Assembly (NCBI GenBank): GCA_963717935.1
Contig: CAVQXP010000001.1
Coordinates: 128,001 to 192,000 of the forward strand
Reading direction: 5' to 3'
DNA length: 64,000 bases
DNA from: Candidatus Eiseniibacteriota bacterium
Lineage (GTDB): Bacteria > Eisenbacteria > RBG-16-71-46
Shown: one piece after another, positions 20,904 through 32,172 of the stretch
Layout of the letters: each line of letters starts with the position of its first letter
Numbering within the stretch: position 1 is the stretch's first letter
The notes under the pieces: model-generated
Database searches by the model: none
What the model was told of the DNA's origin: nothing
What the model saw: only the letters and a program-made list of their open reading frames with translations
Made by a program: the position numbers and the translations under genes

Positions 20904-23900
20904 TCAGCGGCTGCGGTCCAGGGTCGCGTACACGACCGGGAGCACGATCAGGGTGAGCACCGTGGCGCTGATCAGCCCGCCCATCAGGGTGAGCGCGAGG
21001 GGCGCGCGCAGCTCGGCGCCCTCGCCGATGCCGAGCGACATCGGCAACAACCCGAGCACGGTGACGAGGGCAGTCATCAGGATCGGCCGCATGCGCACCT
21101 GGCCGGCCTGGATCAGCGCGTCGAGCTTGGGCACACCGCGCGCCCGCAGCTGATTCGCGTAGTCCACCAGCACGATGCCGTTGTCGGTCACGATCCCGGC
21201 CAGCACGATCATCCCGATCAGGACCATGACGTTGACGGACGTGCCGGTGATCAGCAGGGCGAGCACGACGCCGACCACGGCCATCGGCATGGTGAACATG
21301 ATGACGAACGGGTGGAGCAGCGACTCGAACTGGCTGGCCATGACCAGGTAGACGAGGAAGATCGCCAGCAGCAGGGCCAGCCGCAGCGAGGCGAACGAGT
21401 CGGCCAACTCGCGGTTCTGTCCGGCGATCGTCACCTTGGCTCCGGGCGGGACCTCGAGGCCCCGGAGCGACTGCTCGATGGCGGCGGACGCCGAGGCCAG
21501 GTCGCGGCCCTGCAGGTTCCCCGACACGACCGCCGCCCGCTGCTGCGCGATGCGGCGGATCTCGCTCGGCCCGCGCCCCACCGTGATCTGCGCCACCGCG
21601 CCGAGCGGCACCGCCCGCCCCTGGCTGCGCCCGACCTCGAGGTTGGCCAGATCGGCGACCGCCGAGCGCTCGTCCGCGCGCGCCCGCACGCGGACGTCCA
21701 GCTTGCGGTCGAGGTCGCTGTACTGCGTGGAGGGCTCGCCCTGGACGGCGTTGCGCACCAGGCGCGAGGCCGACGTGGGGTCGAGCGCCATGCCCGCCAG
21801 ACGGTCGCGGTCGAAGACGATCTGGACCTCGGGGTCGCCGACCCGCATCGAGGACTCGACGTCGCGGATCCCGCGGATGGCGGCCACGCGTCGCGCCACC
21901 TCGACCGAGAGCGTGCGCAGCGTGTCGAGGTCGTAGGCGTACACCTCCACCTCGATCGGGCTCTTGAAGGTGAACAGCGCCGGCCGGCCGAACTCGTAGC
22001 TGAGGCCCGGGGTGCGGTCCATCTCCTGGCGCAGCCGCGCCGCCACCGCCTCCTCGGCGCGACGGTCGGTGGCCTTCGCGAGCGCGACGGTGACCTGGCC
22101 CCGGTTCGCCTCGCGCGCCGAGCCGGCGAAGGCGCTCAGGTCGGTCTGCCCGGCGCTGGTGTAGACGTGCTTCACGCGCGGGTCCTTGCGCACCACCCCG
22201 GCGATGCGCTCCAGCGCCGCGTCGGTGACGTGCAGCGCGCTGCCCTCGGGCATGCGCACGTTGAAATAGAACTCCCCCTGGCTCACCGACGGGAACAGGT
22301 TCCGGGGCAGGACCAGGCCGAGCGCGACGGTCACCGCCAGCCCCGCCGCCGACACCGCCAGCACGCGCCCCGGGTGCTCCAGCGCCCGCCGCGCGACCCG
22401 CGGGTAGGCGCGCTCGATCCAGCCGTAGCCCGCGTCGAACGGCCGCAGCAGGCGCCCGACCACCGGACCCAGCCACCGGCCGGCGATCCCGACCCCGCGC
22501 ACCGCGAGGCGCGGCAGGAAGACCAGGACGAGGACCAGCCAGCGCATGGCCGTGCCCCAGCGCCCCGTCGCCACCCGGACGGCGGGCGGCCCGCCCGCGT
22601 CCGGCGCCGCGCGCCGCAGGGCCCGCAGCGACGAGAGCGTGGGCACCAGCGTGAGCGCCACCGCCAGCGACACCAGCATCGAGAACGTCACCGTGAGCGC
22701 CTGGTCGCGGATCAACTGGCCAGCGAGCCCTTCGACGAAGACCAGCGGGAGGAACACCGCCACGGTCGTGAGGGTCGAGGCCACCACGGCGCGGGAGACC
22801 GTCGCCGTTCCCTGTCCGGCCGCCTCGCGCGGCGCGAGGCCCTCCTCGCGCTTGCGGAAGATGCTCTCGAGCACGACGATCGAATCGTCCAGGAGCCGGC
22901 CGATCGCCAGCGCGAGCCCGCCCAGCGACATGATGTTCAGGGACAGTCCGAAGCGGTACATGATGATGAAGGTCGCGAACACCGAGACCGGGATGGAGAG
23001 CGCCACGATGAAGGTCGTCCCGAGCTGGCGCAGGAAGGCGAACAGCACCAGCACGGCGAGCAACCCGCCCTGCCAGGCGGAGTCCCGCACCTCGCCGATG
23101 GCCTGCTCGATGAAGCGCGACTGGTCCGCCACCGTGACGAGCTTCATCTCGGGTGGCAACTCGAGTCGCTGCACGCGCCGCTTCACGGCCCGCGCGACCG
23201 CCACCGTGTTCGCGTCGCCCTCCTTGTAGATCGAGATCTCGACCGCCTCCTTCTCCCCCAGCCGGGCGATCACCTCGCGGTCCTTGCCACCCCGGCTCAC
23301 CCGCGCGACATCGCTCACCCTCACCACGCCGGCGACCGCGCCCGCCGCCGTCGCTCCCGCGGCGGCCGGGCGCGTCGCCAGGATGACGTCACCGATCTCC
23401 TCGGGCGTCTTGAACTCGTTGGTCGTGCGGATCAGGTACTCGGCCTGCCCCTCGGTCAGCGAGCCGCCCGCGATGTTGATGTTCTCCTCCGCCAGGCGCC
23501 GCGTGACGTCCGCCACCGACAGGCCGATCGCGCCGAGCCGCTGGGCATCCACGTCCACGCGGACCTCCTCCTCCTCGCCTCCCACCACCTTCACCGCCGC
23601 CACACCGGCGGCCCCCTCGAGGTCGGTCTTCACGGTGCGCTCGGCGAGGCGGCGCAGGCGCTGCAGGTTGCCGCCGCCGGACAGGCGCAGCCGCAGGATG
23701 GGGTCGAGCGAGGGGTCGAAGCGCAGGACGGCGGGCCGCCGCGCCTCGCGCGGCAGGGTCACCAGGTCGAGCTTCTCGCGCACCGAGAGCGACGCCAGGT
23801 CCATGCGCGTCCCGGTCGCGAACTCGAGCGTGACCTCGGACTGACCGGGACGGGACACCGAGTGGAGCCGCGCCAGCCCGGCCACGACGCCGACCGCCTC

Positions 23901-24104
23901 CTCGACCGGCCGCGTCACGAACTGCTCGACGTCCGCCGGGGCGGCGTCGGGCAGGTCGGTGCGCACGGTCAGCGAGGGATACGAGATGTCCGGGAGCAGA
24001 TCCACCGAGAGACGCGAGCCGGCCACCAGCCCGAAGAGGACCACTCCGACCACGGCCATGAACACGGTCACCGGCCGGCGGATCGAGCCTTCCGTGAGGC
24101 GCAT
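20904..24104 (-). CDS. RND efflux permease (AcrB/AcrD/AcrF family)
   Basis: 1066 aa. SIRRPV, DLLPDISYP, GRLLDDSIVVLE, RMRPILMT. Confidence 0.93.
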   Translation of the reverse strand: MRLTEGSIRRPVTVFMAVVGVVLFGLVAGSRLSVDLLPDISYPSLTVRTDLPDAAPADVEQFVTRPVEEAVGVVAGLARLHSVSRPGQSEVTLEFATGTRMDLASLSVREKLDLVTLPREARRPAVLRFDPSLDPILRLRLSGGGNLQRLRRLAERTVKTDLEGAAGVAAVKVVGGEEEEVRVDVDAQRLGAIGLSVADVTRRLAEENINIAGGSLTEGQAEYLIRTTNEFKTPEEIGDVILATRPAAAGATAAGAVAGVVRVSDVARVSRGGKDREVIARLGEKEAVEISIYKEGDANTVAVARAVKRRVQRLELPPEMKLVTVADQSRFIEQAIGEVRDSAWQGGLLAVLVLFAFLRQLGTTFIVALSIPVSVFATFIIMYRFGLSLNIMSLGGLALAIGRLLDDSIVVLESIFRKREEGLAPREAAGQGTATVSRAVVASTLTTVAVFLPLVFVEGLAGQLIRDQALTVTFSMLVSLAVALTLVPTLSSLRALRRAAPDAGGPPAVRVATGRWGTAMRWLVLVLVFLPRLAVRGVGIAGRWLGPVVGRLLRPFDAGYGWIERAYPRVARRALEHPGRVLAVSAAGLAVTVALGLVLPRNLFPSVSQGEFYFNVRMPEGSALHVTDAALERIAGVVRKDPRVKHVYTSAGQTDLSAFAGSAREANRGQVTVALAKATDRRAEEAVAARLRQEMDRTPGLSYEFGRPALFTFKSPIEVEVYAYDLDTLRTLSVEVARRVAAIRGIRDVESSMRVGDPEVQIVFDRDRLAGMALDPTSASRLVRNAVQGEPSTQYSDLDRKLDVRVRARADERSAVADLANLEVGRSQGRAVPLGAVAQITVGRGPSEIRRIAQQRAAVVSGNLQGRDLASASAAIEQSLRGLEVPPGAKVTIAGQNRELADSFASLRLALLLAIFLVYLVMASQFESLLHPFVIMFTMPMAVVGVVLALLITGTSVNVMVLIGMIVLAGIVTDNGIVLVDYANQLRARGVPKLDALIQAGQVRMRPILMTALVTVLGLLPMSLGIGEGAELRAPLALTLMGGLISATVLTLIVLPVVYATLDRSR

Positions 24105-24113
24105 GGCGGACTC

Positions 24114-25193
24114 CTAGAGCCGGACGGGCTTGATGCGGGCGCCCTGCTTGAGGCCTCCCTGGCCCACCGTGACCACGCGGTCGCCGGAGGCGAGACCGGC
24201 GAGGATCTGGACGGTGTCGCCCGAGATCGCCCCGACCTTGACGGCCACGCGCACGACGGTGTCGCCGCGTGCGGCGAACACGAAGCTCTCGCCGTCCTCG
24301 GAGACCATGGCGCGCTGCGGGATCAGCAGGACGTCGTCGAAGCTCCCGGTCCGCAGCCGTACGCGGGCGAAGTTGCCTGGCCGCAGGAGCCCCTGCGGAT
24401 CGCGCACCTCGAGGGTCACCTTGAAGGTTCCGTTCGCCCGGTCCACCACCGGGTTCACGAGCGAGACGCGGGCCTCGAAGGTACGGCCGGGGAGCGCGTC
24501 CAGGGTGAGGACCGCGCCCTGGCCGGGCCGCACGCGGGCCAGTTCGCGCTCGGGGAAGTAGAGCCGCGCGAGCAACGGGTTGAACTCCTCGACCCGGAAG
24601 CAGTCGCGCCCGGGCGTGACGGTCTCGCCCACGTTGATCATGCGGGCGGTCACCCGCCCCGAGAAGGGTGCCGTCAGGCGCGTCTGGGTGAGGTTGTACT
24701 GCGCCTCGTGGAGCGCGACCGCCGCGTTCCGCTGGCGCCACTCGAGGTCGTCGGTCTCCTTGTCGCTCAGGAAGCCCAGTTCGCGCAGCTGCCGACCCCG
24801 CTCGCTCTCCCGCTCCGCCAGGTGGACCGCGACCTCGGCGCGCTCGACGGCGAGCCGGGCGGCCGTGTCGTCGATCCGGGCGAGCAGGTCGCCCTTGCGC
24901 ACCCAGTCGCCCTCCTCGACCGCGAGCTCCTTCAACTGGCCCGGGGCCGCCGCCACGAGCGTGGCGCTGCTGCGGGCCTCCAGCGTGGTGGTGGCCTCGA
25001 GGAACGTGGTGATGCTGCCGCGCTGGACCTGGGCGAGTTCGACGGGCGCGGCCGGCGGCGGGGCGGCCTCGCCCTTCTTCTTGCCGTTGCCACGGGCATT
25101 ACGGGCCAGGAGCACCGCGCCGACGCCGACGCCGATCACGACGACGGCCACGCTCGTCCAGAAGATCGTACGGCGCCAACGGGGACCTGACAT
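24114..25193 (-). CDS. RND periplasmic adaptor (membrane fusion protein)
   Basis: N-terminal TM, lipoyl half-motifs VEEGDWVRKGDLL and APFSGRV, alpha-hairpin, LRPGNFARV. First gene of the operon. Confidence 0.9.
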   Translation of the reverse strand: MSGPRWRRTIFWTSVAVVVIGVGVGAVLLARNARGNGKKKGEAAPPPAAPVELAQVQRGSITTFLEATTTLEARSSATLVAAAPGQLKELAVEEGDWVRKGDLLARIDDTAARLAVERAEVAVHLAERESERGRQLRELGFLSDKETDDLEWRQRNAAVALHEAQYNLTQTRLTAPFSGRVTARMINVGETVTPGRDCFRVEEFNPLLARLYFPERELARVRPGQGAVLTLDALPGRTFEARVSLVNPVVDRANGTFKVTLEVRDPQGLLRPGNFARVRLRTGSFDDVLLIPQRAMVSEDGESFVFAARGDTVVRVAVKVGAISGDTVQILAGLASGDRVVTVGQGGLKQGARIKPVRL

Positions 25194-25353
25194 GCCGACC
25201 TCCATCCAGGGGACCGAAACAGGAGCCACCTGAGGGGTTACGCAGCCGGAGCGCGCCGGGTTGCACGGGCCGGCGTCCGGGAACGGCGGGACCCCGGGGC
25301 GCGGCGGCGCGCCGGGGTCCCGTTCCGCCTCCAGCCGGGGGGCGGCCTGCCGC

Positions 25354-27177
25354 CTACTCCCAGCCGATCTGCCGGCCCCGGTTCTGCTTCTCGAGCCAGG
25401 TCATCAGCGGCTTGAAGTACTCGACCATGGCGCGGGTGGACAGCTCCTCCCCGGTGGCCTCGCGCAGCACCGCGCGCCATTCGCGGGTGGCGCCCTGCCG
25501 CATCATGCCCTGGAAGAACGCGCCGACCTCCGGATTGCCCGCGTAGTTGCAGGCGCGAGGATCGGACTTGAGGATCCGCCGCGCGATGTGGTCGTTGAGC
25601 TGGTACGAGAGCACCGTCGCCACGGCGTAGGAGTAGTAGTAGGCCGGGGCGTCGCTGATGTGGGTCTTGGTCGCCGCGTCGCAGTACTCCTCGCCCCGCG
25701 CCATCGGCGGCTCCACGCCCTGGTAGTCGGCCACGTACTTCCACCAGCGCGCGTTCCACTGGTCGGGCGGCAGCTCGTTCGCGTAGAGGTCGGCCTCCCA
25801 GTGCGTCATCACCCCCGAGCCCCAGAACATGAATGGGAGGTTCGCCAGCGCCAGCGTGAGCAGCGGAGCGATCTCATCGCGTCTTCTTCCCCTTCGGCGA
25901 CCAGGCCGAGCGACTGGAGGTAGGGCGTCTGCCGCGCCGCCATCTCGCCCGACCGTCGCCATGCCCTCGTGGAACGACGGGCTGGCGCCGGCGCGCAGAA
26001 GCGGCGGGACCTCGGGGCGCGGCGTAGTTGAGGTCGTAGTAGGCGTGACCCAGCTCGTGGTGCGCCGTGCCGAACCACTGCTCGTTGGCCTCGACGCTCA
26101 TCAGGGAGCGGATGTCCTGGTCGCAGGTCCACGTGCCAGCAGGAGGCGTGCGTGTTCTTCTTGCGCGCATCGCCCTCGGGGACCGGGTAGAGATCCGAGT
26201 TCTTCCAGAAGGACGCGGGCAGCGGCCCCATCCCCAGGCCCGACCAGAAACCCTCGGCGGCCTTGACGACCCACTCGGGCTCGTGACTCCTGAAGGCCGC
26301 GTCGAGACTGGCGGACGAGGCCATCGCGTTCCATTCCTGCGACCAGCGGTTCGGGATCCAGTGGGCGGGGATCCGCTTCGGCACCGGCTGGCCGTACTTC
26401 TTCGCCAGCTCGTACTTCGCCCAGGTGTGCAGCTGCACGTAGAGGGGCTTGAGCTCCCGCAGGAAGTCCTCGTTCAGCTTCACCATCTCCTCCGTGGTCA
26501 TGTCGTGACCGGCCACCTGCAGGGCGAAGTAGTCGTGGTAGCCCAGTTCCCGCGCCACGCCGTTGCGCAGTTCCTGCAGCCGGACGAGGCCGGGCTTGAG
26601 CGCCGGTCCGGTCTGCTTGGAGGCCTCCCAGACCGCAAGGCGCTGCGGCAGGTCCGTGAGCTTCTCGAGCCGCTCGTCGATCTCGTTCGGCGTGATCGAC
26701 TGGCCGTCCAGCATGAAGGTGAAGCCGTTCAGGGTCGAAGCCTGCCGGGTCTCGGCCTCGATCCGGGCCCGCACCAGGTCCGGGTTGGTCATCGGCCCCT
26801 CGGCCGCGTTCAGCAGGACGCGCTCCAGTTGCCGGACCGTGAGCGGCTCGAGCTCGGACCGGCGTTCGAGCAGGGTCTTGGCCTCGGTGATCACCGCGGG
26901 GTTGCCGTTGAACGCGGCGCGCGCCTTCCCGGCCGCCTCGGCAGCGGCGTCGTGCGCGGGAGACACGTCGGTCGCGGCGTCCCACAGCGCGCGCTGCTCC
27001 ACCGTGGAGACCGCCTGGTAGCTCGCGTTGACCAGGCTCGAGGAAGCGATCGGCCCGCTCCTGCAGGGCGGACTTCGCGGCGGCCGGCTCCGCGGCGCGG
27101 GCGAACGGGCCGGCGCAGGCGAGGGCGGCGAGGACGAGGGCGACGGCGAGCGCGAGCGGCGTTCTGCGGTGACGCAT
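25354..27177 (-). CDS. Secreted M2 family peptidyl-dipeptidase A (ACE homologue), several frameshifts
   Basis: Signal peptide, IPAHWIPNRWSQEW, KNTHASCW, HHELGH, FHEG, and CDAATKTHISDAPAYYYSY across overlapping frames. Confidence 0.85.
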
Positions 27178-27431
27178 CGAGGACTCCCGGGTTGCGGCCC
27201 TTGGGGCGGTGCCTCCGCGGGTACGGCGAGAGGCGCGACGCATGGCACCCGGGAGGCTAGCAGATTCGCCGCGTGACCGGAGAGCCGGAACGCGAGCGGG
27301 GAGGGCATCCCGGTCCCCGGGGCCGGTTGACATCCTCGCCGGGGGGGCGTTCCCTCCGGGCAGGCTCCGGCACCGGAGGCACGAGGTCGCATCCGTTCCG
27401 GGGACACGGCCGCACACCGAAGGAGGACGGG

Positions 27432-27803
27432 ATGCATTGTCCACGCTGCAGCACCGAGTACGAGCCGGACGTCACGCGGTGCCCCGTCTGCGACATCGCC
27501 CTCACCGATGACGCCGCGCCGCCGGGGCCTGGCGAACCGGAGTGGGTGGAGCTCGTCACGGTGCTCGAGACCGGCGATCCCTCGCTCCTGCTGGTGACGA
27601 AGTCGCTGCTCGACGTCGAGGGCGTGCCCTCCTTCGTCGAGGGCGTGGGGGTCTACGAGGGGCTGGGGGCGGGACGCATCGCCGGGGCCGACATGCCGAT
27701 GGGCCCCGGCAGGCTTCGCGTCCGCGCCGAGGACGCGGACACCGCCCGGGAGTTGCTGGCGAATCTGCAGCCGCTGAAGGAATCGGGCGAACCGGACTCC
27801 TGA
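27432..27803 (+). CDS. Zn-ribbon plus DUF2007 (putative signal-transducing) protein
   Basis: AGGAGG RBS, CPRC..CPVC, KSLLDVEGVP and RLRVRAEDADTARELL. Confidence 0.75.
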   Translation: MHCPRCSTEYEPDVTRCPVCDIALTDDAAPPGPGEPEWVELVTVLETGDPSLLLVTKSLLDVEGVPSFVEGVGVYEGLGAGRIAGADMPMGPGRLRVRAEDADTARELLANLQPLKESGEPDS

Positions 27804-28074
27804 TCCGCGCGGGCCCGCAGCCATTCGAGCGCCGGGCCTACGGACTTCGCTCACCGGCGGAGCCCGTTGAAACACATGGGGCTACGCCGGGCGCCTCACG
27901 CTGGACGCGAGGCGCCGGCCCATGGCGCCCTCCGCCACGCGCGGCCCCTTCCGCCACCCTCGCGGCGAGCGACGACCGCACCCGAAGTGCTAGCATGCGC
28001 CATCTCTTGAGGCGGTGCGTGCCACGCCCTGCTGACGCGGGCGCGCCCATTTTCCCCTTCCAAGGAGCCCACGC

Positions 28075-29978
28075 ATGAAGCGGTACCGACTTCCCCTGAT
28101 CCTCGCAGCCCTGCTCGCGGCCGTGCTCCTCACCCCGCAGGCCCGAGCTGAGGAGCGCGCGAACGTCCCCGAGAAGCTCAAGTGGAACACCGCGGACCTC
28201 TATGCGTCCGAGGACGCCTGGTACACGGCGAAGGACGACATCGCCGCGCGCATCCCGAAGCTGGCCGAGTTCCAGGGCAGCCTCGGCGAGTCCGCCGACC
28301 GCTTCTACACCGCGGCCTCGACCCTGATGGCCCTCGACAAGGACCTCACGCAGCTCCTGGTCTACGCCAGCATGCGCGGCGACGAGGACACCCGCCTGCC
28401 GAAGCCGCGCGAGATGAACCAGACGGCCCAGCAGCTCGCCGTGGAGTTCTATTCCACCATCTCCTACGTGCGACCGGAGATCCTGGCGCTCGGCGCCGAG
28501 AAGGTGAACGGGTTCGTCGCGGCCGACCCGCGGCTGCAGCCCTTCAAGCCGTACCTCGACGACATCCTGCGCTACGCCCCGCACACGCTGGGCGCGACCG
28601 AGGAGAAGATCGCCTCGCAGGCCGCGATCATGTCGGACAACGCGGCGCGGGCGTACCGCACGTTCACCAACTCCGAGCTGCCCTATCCCGAGGTCACGCT
28701 CTCGACCGGCGAGCAGGTGCGCCTCGATGCCCAGGCCTACACCAAGTACCGCGCGAGCACGAACCGCGAGGACCGGGACCTGGTCTTCAAGGCCTTCTGG
28801 ACGCCGTTACCAGGAGTTCGAGCGCACGCTGGGCACGACGCTCGACGGCGACGTCAAGACGCACATGTTCGACAAGGACGTGCACAAGTACGGGTCCTGC
28901 CTCGAGGCGGCGCTCTTCAACTCCAACGTGCCCGTCAGCGTCTACAAGCAGCTCATCTCCGACGTGCACGCCAACCTGCCGACGCTGCACCGCTACCTCA
29001 AGCTGCGTCAGCGCATGATGGGCGTGGACCAGCTGCGCTACGAGGACCTCTACGCCCCCATCATCAAGAAGGTGGACCTGCGCTACACGCCCGAGCAGGC
29101 CACGGAGATGGTGCTCAAGGCCGTCGCCCCGCTCGGTCCGGACTACGTCGAACACGCTCAAGACCGGCTTCGAGAACCGCTGGGTGGACTTCGTCCCCAC
29201 CACCGGCAAGCGCTCGGGCGCCTACAGCACCGGGGCCTACGGCGTGCACCCCTACCAGCTGCAGAACTTCACCGGGCTCTACGAGGAGGTCTCGACGCTG
29301 GCCCACGAGTCGGGCCACTCGATGCACACCTACCTCTCCGACCAGAAGCAGCCCTACATCACGCACGACTACCGGATCTTCGTGGCCGAGGTCGCCTCGA
29401 CGCTGAACGAGAACCTCCTGCTCCACCACATGCTCGGCCAGACGAAGGACAAGGACACGCGGCTCTTCCTGCTGGGCAGCTCCCTCGACGGCCTGCGCAC
29501 CACGCTCTTCCGGCAGACCCTGTTCGCCGAGTTCGAGCTGAAGATCCACGAGCTGGCGGAGCAGGGCGAGCCGCTCACCGGCGAGAAGCTGAGCGAGCTG
29601 TACCTGGGCCTGCTCAAGGACTACTACGGTGACGCGCAGGGCGTCTGCAAGGTGAACGACCTGTACGGCATCGAGTGGGCCTACATCCCGCACTTCTACT
29701 ACAACTTCTACGTCTTCCAGTACGCCACCAGCATCACGGCCTCGGCGCAGATCGCCGCCAACATGCGGGCGGACGCGGCGCTGAAGAAGCCCGTGACGAA
29801 GAGCCGCGACGCCTACCTCGCGATGCTCTCCTCCGGCTCGTCGAAGTACCCGATCGACCTGCTCAAGGACGCCGGCGTGGACATGACGACCTCGGCCCCG
29901 TTCAACGCGGCGATCAAGGAGATGAACGGCATCATGGACGAGATGGAGAAGCTGATCGCGGAGCGGCCGAAGAAGTAG
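28075..29978 (+). CDS. pepF: Oligoendopeptidase F (M3B) copy 1, signal peptide, frameshifts near 28805 and 29150
   Basis: KWNTADLY, GKRSGAYS, HESGHSMH, FVAEVAST, IPHFYYNFYVFQYA. Confidence 0.9.
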
Positions 29979-30011
29979 GGGCGCTCCCGCCCAGCTGCCG
30001 CGCGCGAACAC

Positions 30012-30041
30012 GGACCGCCGGGCCCCCGGGCCCGGCGGTCC
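30012..30041 (+). terminator. Hairpin after pepF copy 1
   Basis: ggaccgccgggccc-cc-gggcccggcggtcc followed by a pyrimidine run. Confidence 0.6.
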
Positions 30042-30238
30042 TCTCTCTGGAGGCCCGCGAGGGACCCCGGGGGCGCGTTCGTCCGACCGAATCACCCGTT
30101 CGGACGCCGGGCATTCGCCCGGCCCGCCCCAGCCCCTACCATGCCCGCGCTCAGGAAGCGGCTCGCCGCGTCCGGGCTCCCCGCGCCCGGCGCGGGACCG
30201 GCGCGGCCCCGGCATCGTCCCCAGGCAAGGAGCCCCGC

Positions 30239-32141
30239 ATGAGGTCGTACCGTCTGCCCGTCGTCCTCGCCGCCCTCGCGGTGGCCGGATGCCTCGCCTC
30301 GCCCACCCGCGCGGAGGAGCGTGCGGAACGTCCCCGAGAAGTACCAGTGGAAGACCTCGGACCTCTACCCGTCCGAAGAGGCCTGGCTCGCGGCCCGGGC
30401 CGACCTCACGGCCCGCGTCCAGGGACTCGCCGCGTTCCAGGGCCGGCTGGGCGAGTCCGCCGCCACGTTCTACGCCGCGCTCTCCACCCGCATGGACGTG
30501 GACCGCGCGCTCTACCAGCTGCGCATCTACGCCATGCTGCGCAAGGACGAGGACGCGCGCCTGGGCCGGCCGAACGAGCTCTTCCAGATGGCCAGCCAGC
30601 TCGGCGTGGACTACGCCTCGACCCTCTCCTACATGCGGCCCGAGATCCTCGCCCTGGGGGCCGAGAAGGTCCGCGGATTCGTCGCCCAAGACGCGCGGCT
30701 CGAGCCCTACCGCCCCTGGCTCGAGGACATCCTGCGCTACGCGCCGCACACCCTGAGCGCCGCCGAGGAGAAGATCGCCTCCCAGGCCGGGATCATGGCC
30801 AACGCGCCCTCGCAGACCTACGACATCTTCAAGGCCGCCGACATGCCCTACCCCGAGGTCACGCTCTCGACCGGCGAGACGGTGCGGCTCGACGACGCGG
30901 CCTACACGCAGTACCGGGCGGTCGCGAACCGCGAGGACCGCCGCAAGGTGTTCCAGGCGTTCTGGTCGAGGCACAAGGAGTTCGAGCGCACGCTGGGCAC
31001 CACGCTGGACGCGGAGGTCAAGACCCACCTCTTCGACCGGGACGTCCACCACTACGGATCCTGCGTCGAGGCGGCGCTGTTCGAATCCAACATCCCGGTG
31101 AGCGTCTACCGGCAGCTCATCGCGGACGTGCACGCCAACCTGCCCACGCTGCACCGCTACCTGAGGCTCCGCCAGCGCATGATGGGCGTGGACACGCTCG
31201 GCTACGAGGACCTCTACGCCCCCATCCTCAAGGACGTCGAGCTGACCTACACGCCCGAGGAGGCGATGGACCTGGTGCTCAAGGCCGTCGCGCCGCTCGG
31301 CCGGGACTACGTGGACACGCTCCGGCACGGCCTCGAGAGCGGCTGGACCGACTGGATGCCCACCACCGGCAAGCAGTCGGGGGCCTACAGCGAGGCCGTC
31401 TACGGCGTCCATCCGTACCAGCTCCTGAACTTCACCGGGCTCTACGAGGAGGTCTCGACGCTGGCCCACGAGTCGGGCCACTCGATGCACAGCCTGCTCT
31501 CGGACCAGCACCAGCCCTACGTCACCCGCGAGTACAAGACCTTCGTGGCGGAGGTGGCCTCGACCCTGAACGAGAACCTCCTGCTCCAGTACATGCTCGG
31601 CCAGACGAAGGACCGGGACACGCGGCTGTTCCTGCTGGGGAGCCGGCTGGACGGCCTGCGGCAGACGCTCTTCCGGCAGGTCCTGTTCGCCGAGTTCGAG
31701 CTGAAGATCCACGAGCTGGCCGAGCGGGGCGAGCCGCTCACCGGCGAGAAACTGAGCGAGGTCTACCTCGGGCTGCTCAAGGACTACTACGGGGACGCTC
31801 AGGGCGTCTGCCGGGTGAAGGACCTCTACGGCGTCGAGTGGGCATACATCCAGCACTTCTACCTCGACTTCTACGTCTTCCAGTACGCGACCAGCATCAT
31901 CGGCTCGTCCGCGATCGCCGCGGAGATGCGCGCCGAGGCGGTGGCGAAGAAGCCCGTGACGAAGCAGCGCGACGCCTATCTTCGGATGCTCGCGGCCGGC
32001 TCGTCGAAGTATCCCATCGAGGAACTGACGGACGCGGGCGTGGACATGACGACCCCGGCGCCCTTCGGCGCGGCGATGAAGGAGATGAACGGCATCATGG
32101 ACGAGATGGAGAAGTTGCTCGCCGGAAAGCCGGGGAAGTAG
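30239..32141 (+). CDS. pepF: Oligoendopeptidase F (M3B) copy 2, signal peptide, frameshift near 30325
   Basis: AAGGAG RBS, MRSYRLPVVLAALAVAG signal in a different frame from the body. HESGHSMH, FVAEVAST. Confidence 0.9.
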
Positions 32142-32172
32142 CCCCGCAGCCCCCCACTCCAAGGAGCTTCGC

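Noticed and set aside
16014..25190. Giant ORFs 16014..20477(-), 17627..20956(+) and 20469..25190(+)
   Set aside because: These are Arg/Gly/Ala-rich shadow frames overlapping clear protease and RND genes, as expected in high-GC DNA with few stops.
17849..25193. Two-permease RND operon lacking an outer-membrane factor, one subunit with DN instead of DD
   Set aside because: Paired permeases, a remote TolC and the VDNA variant are all common in this family.
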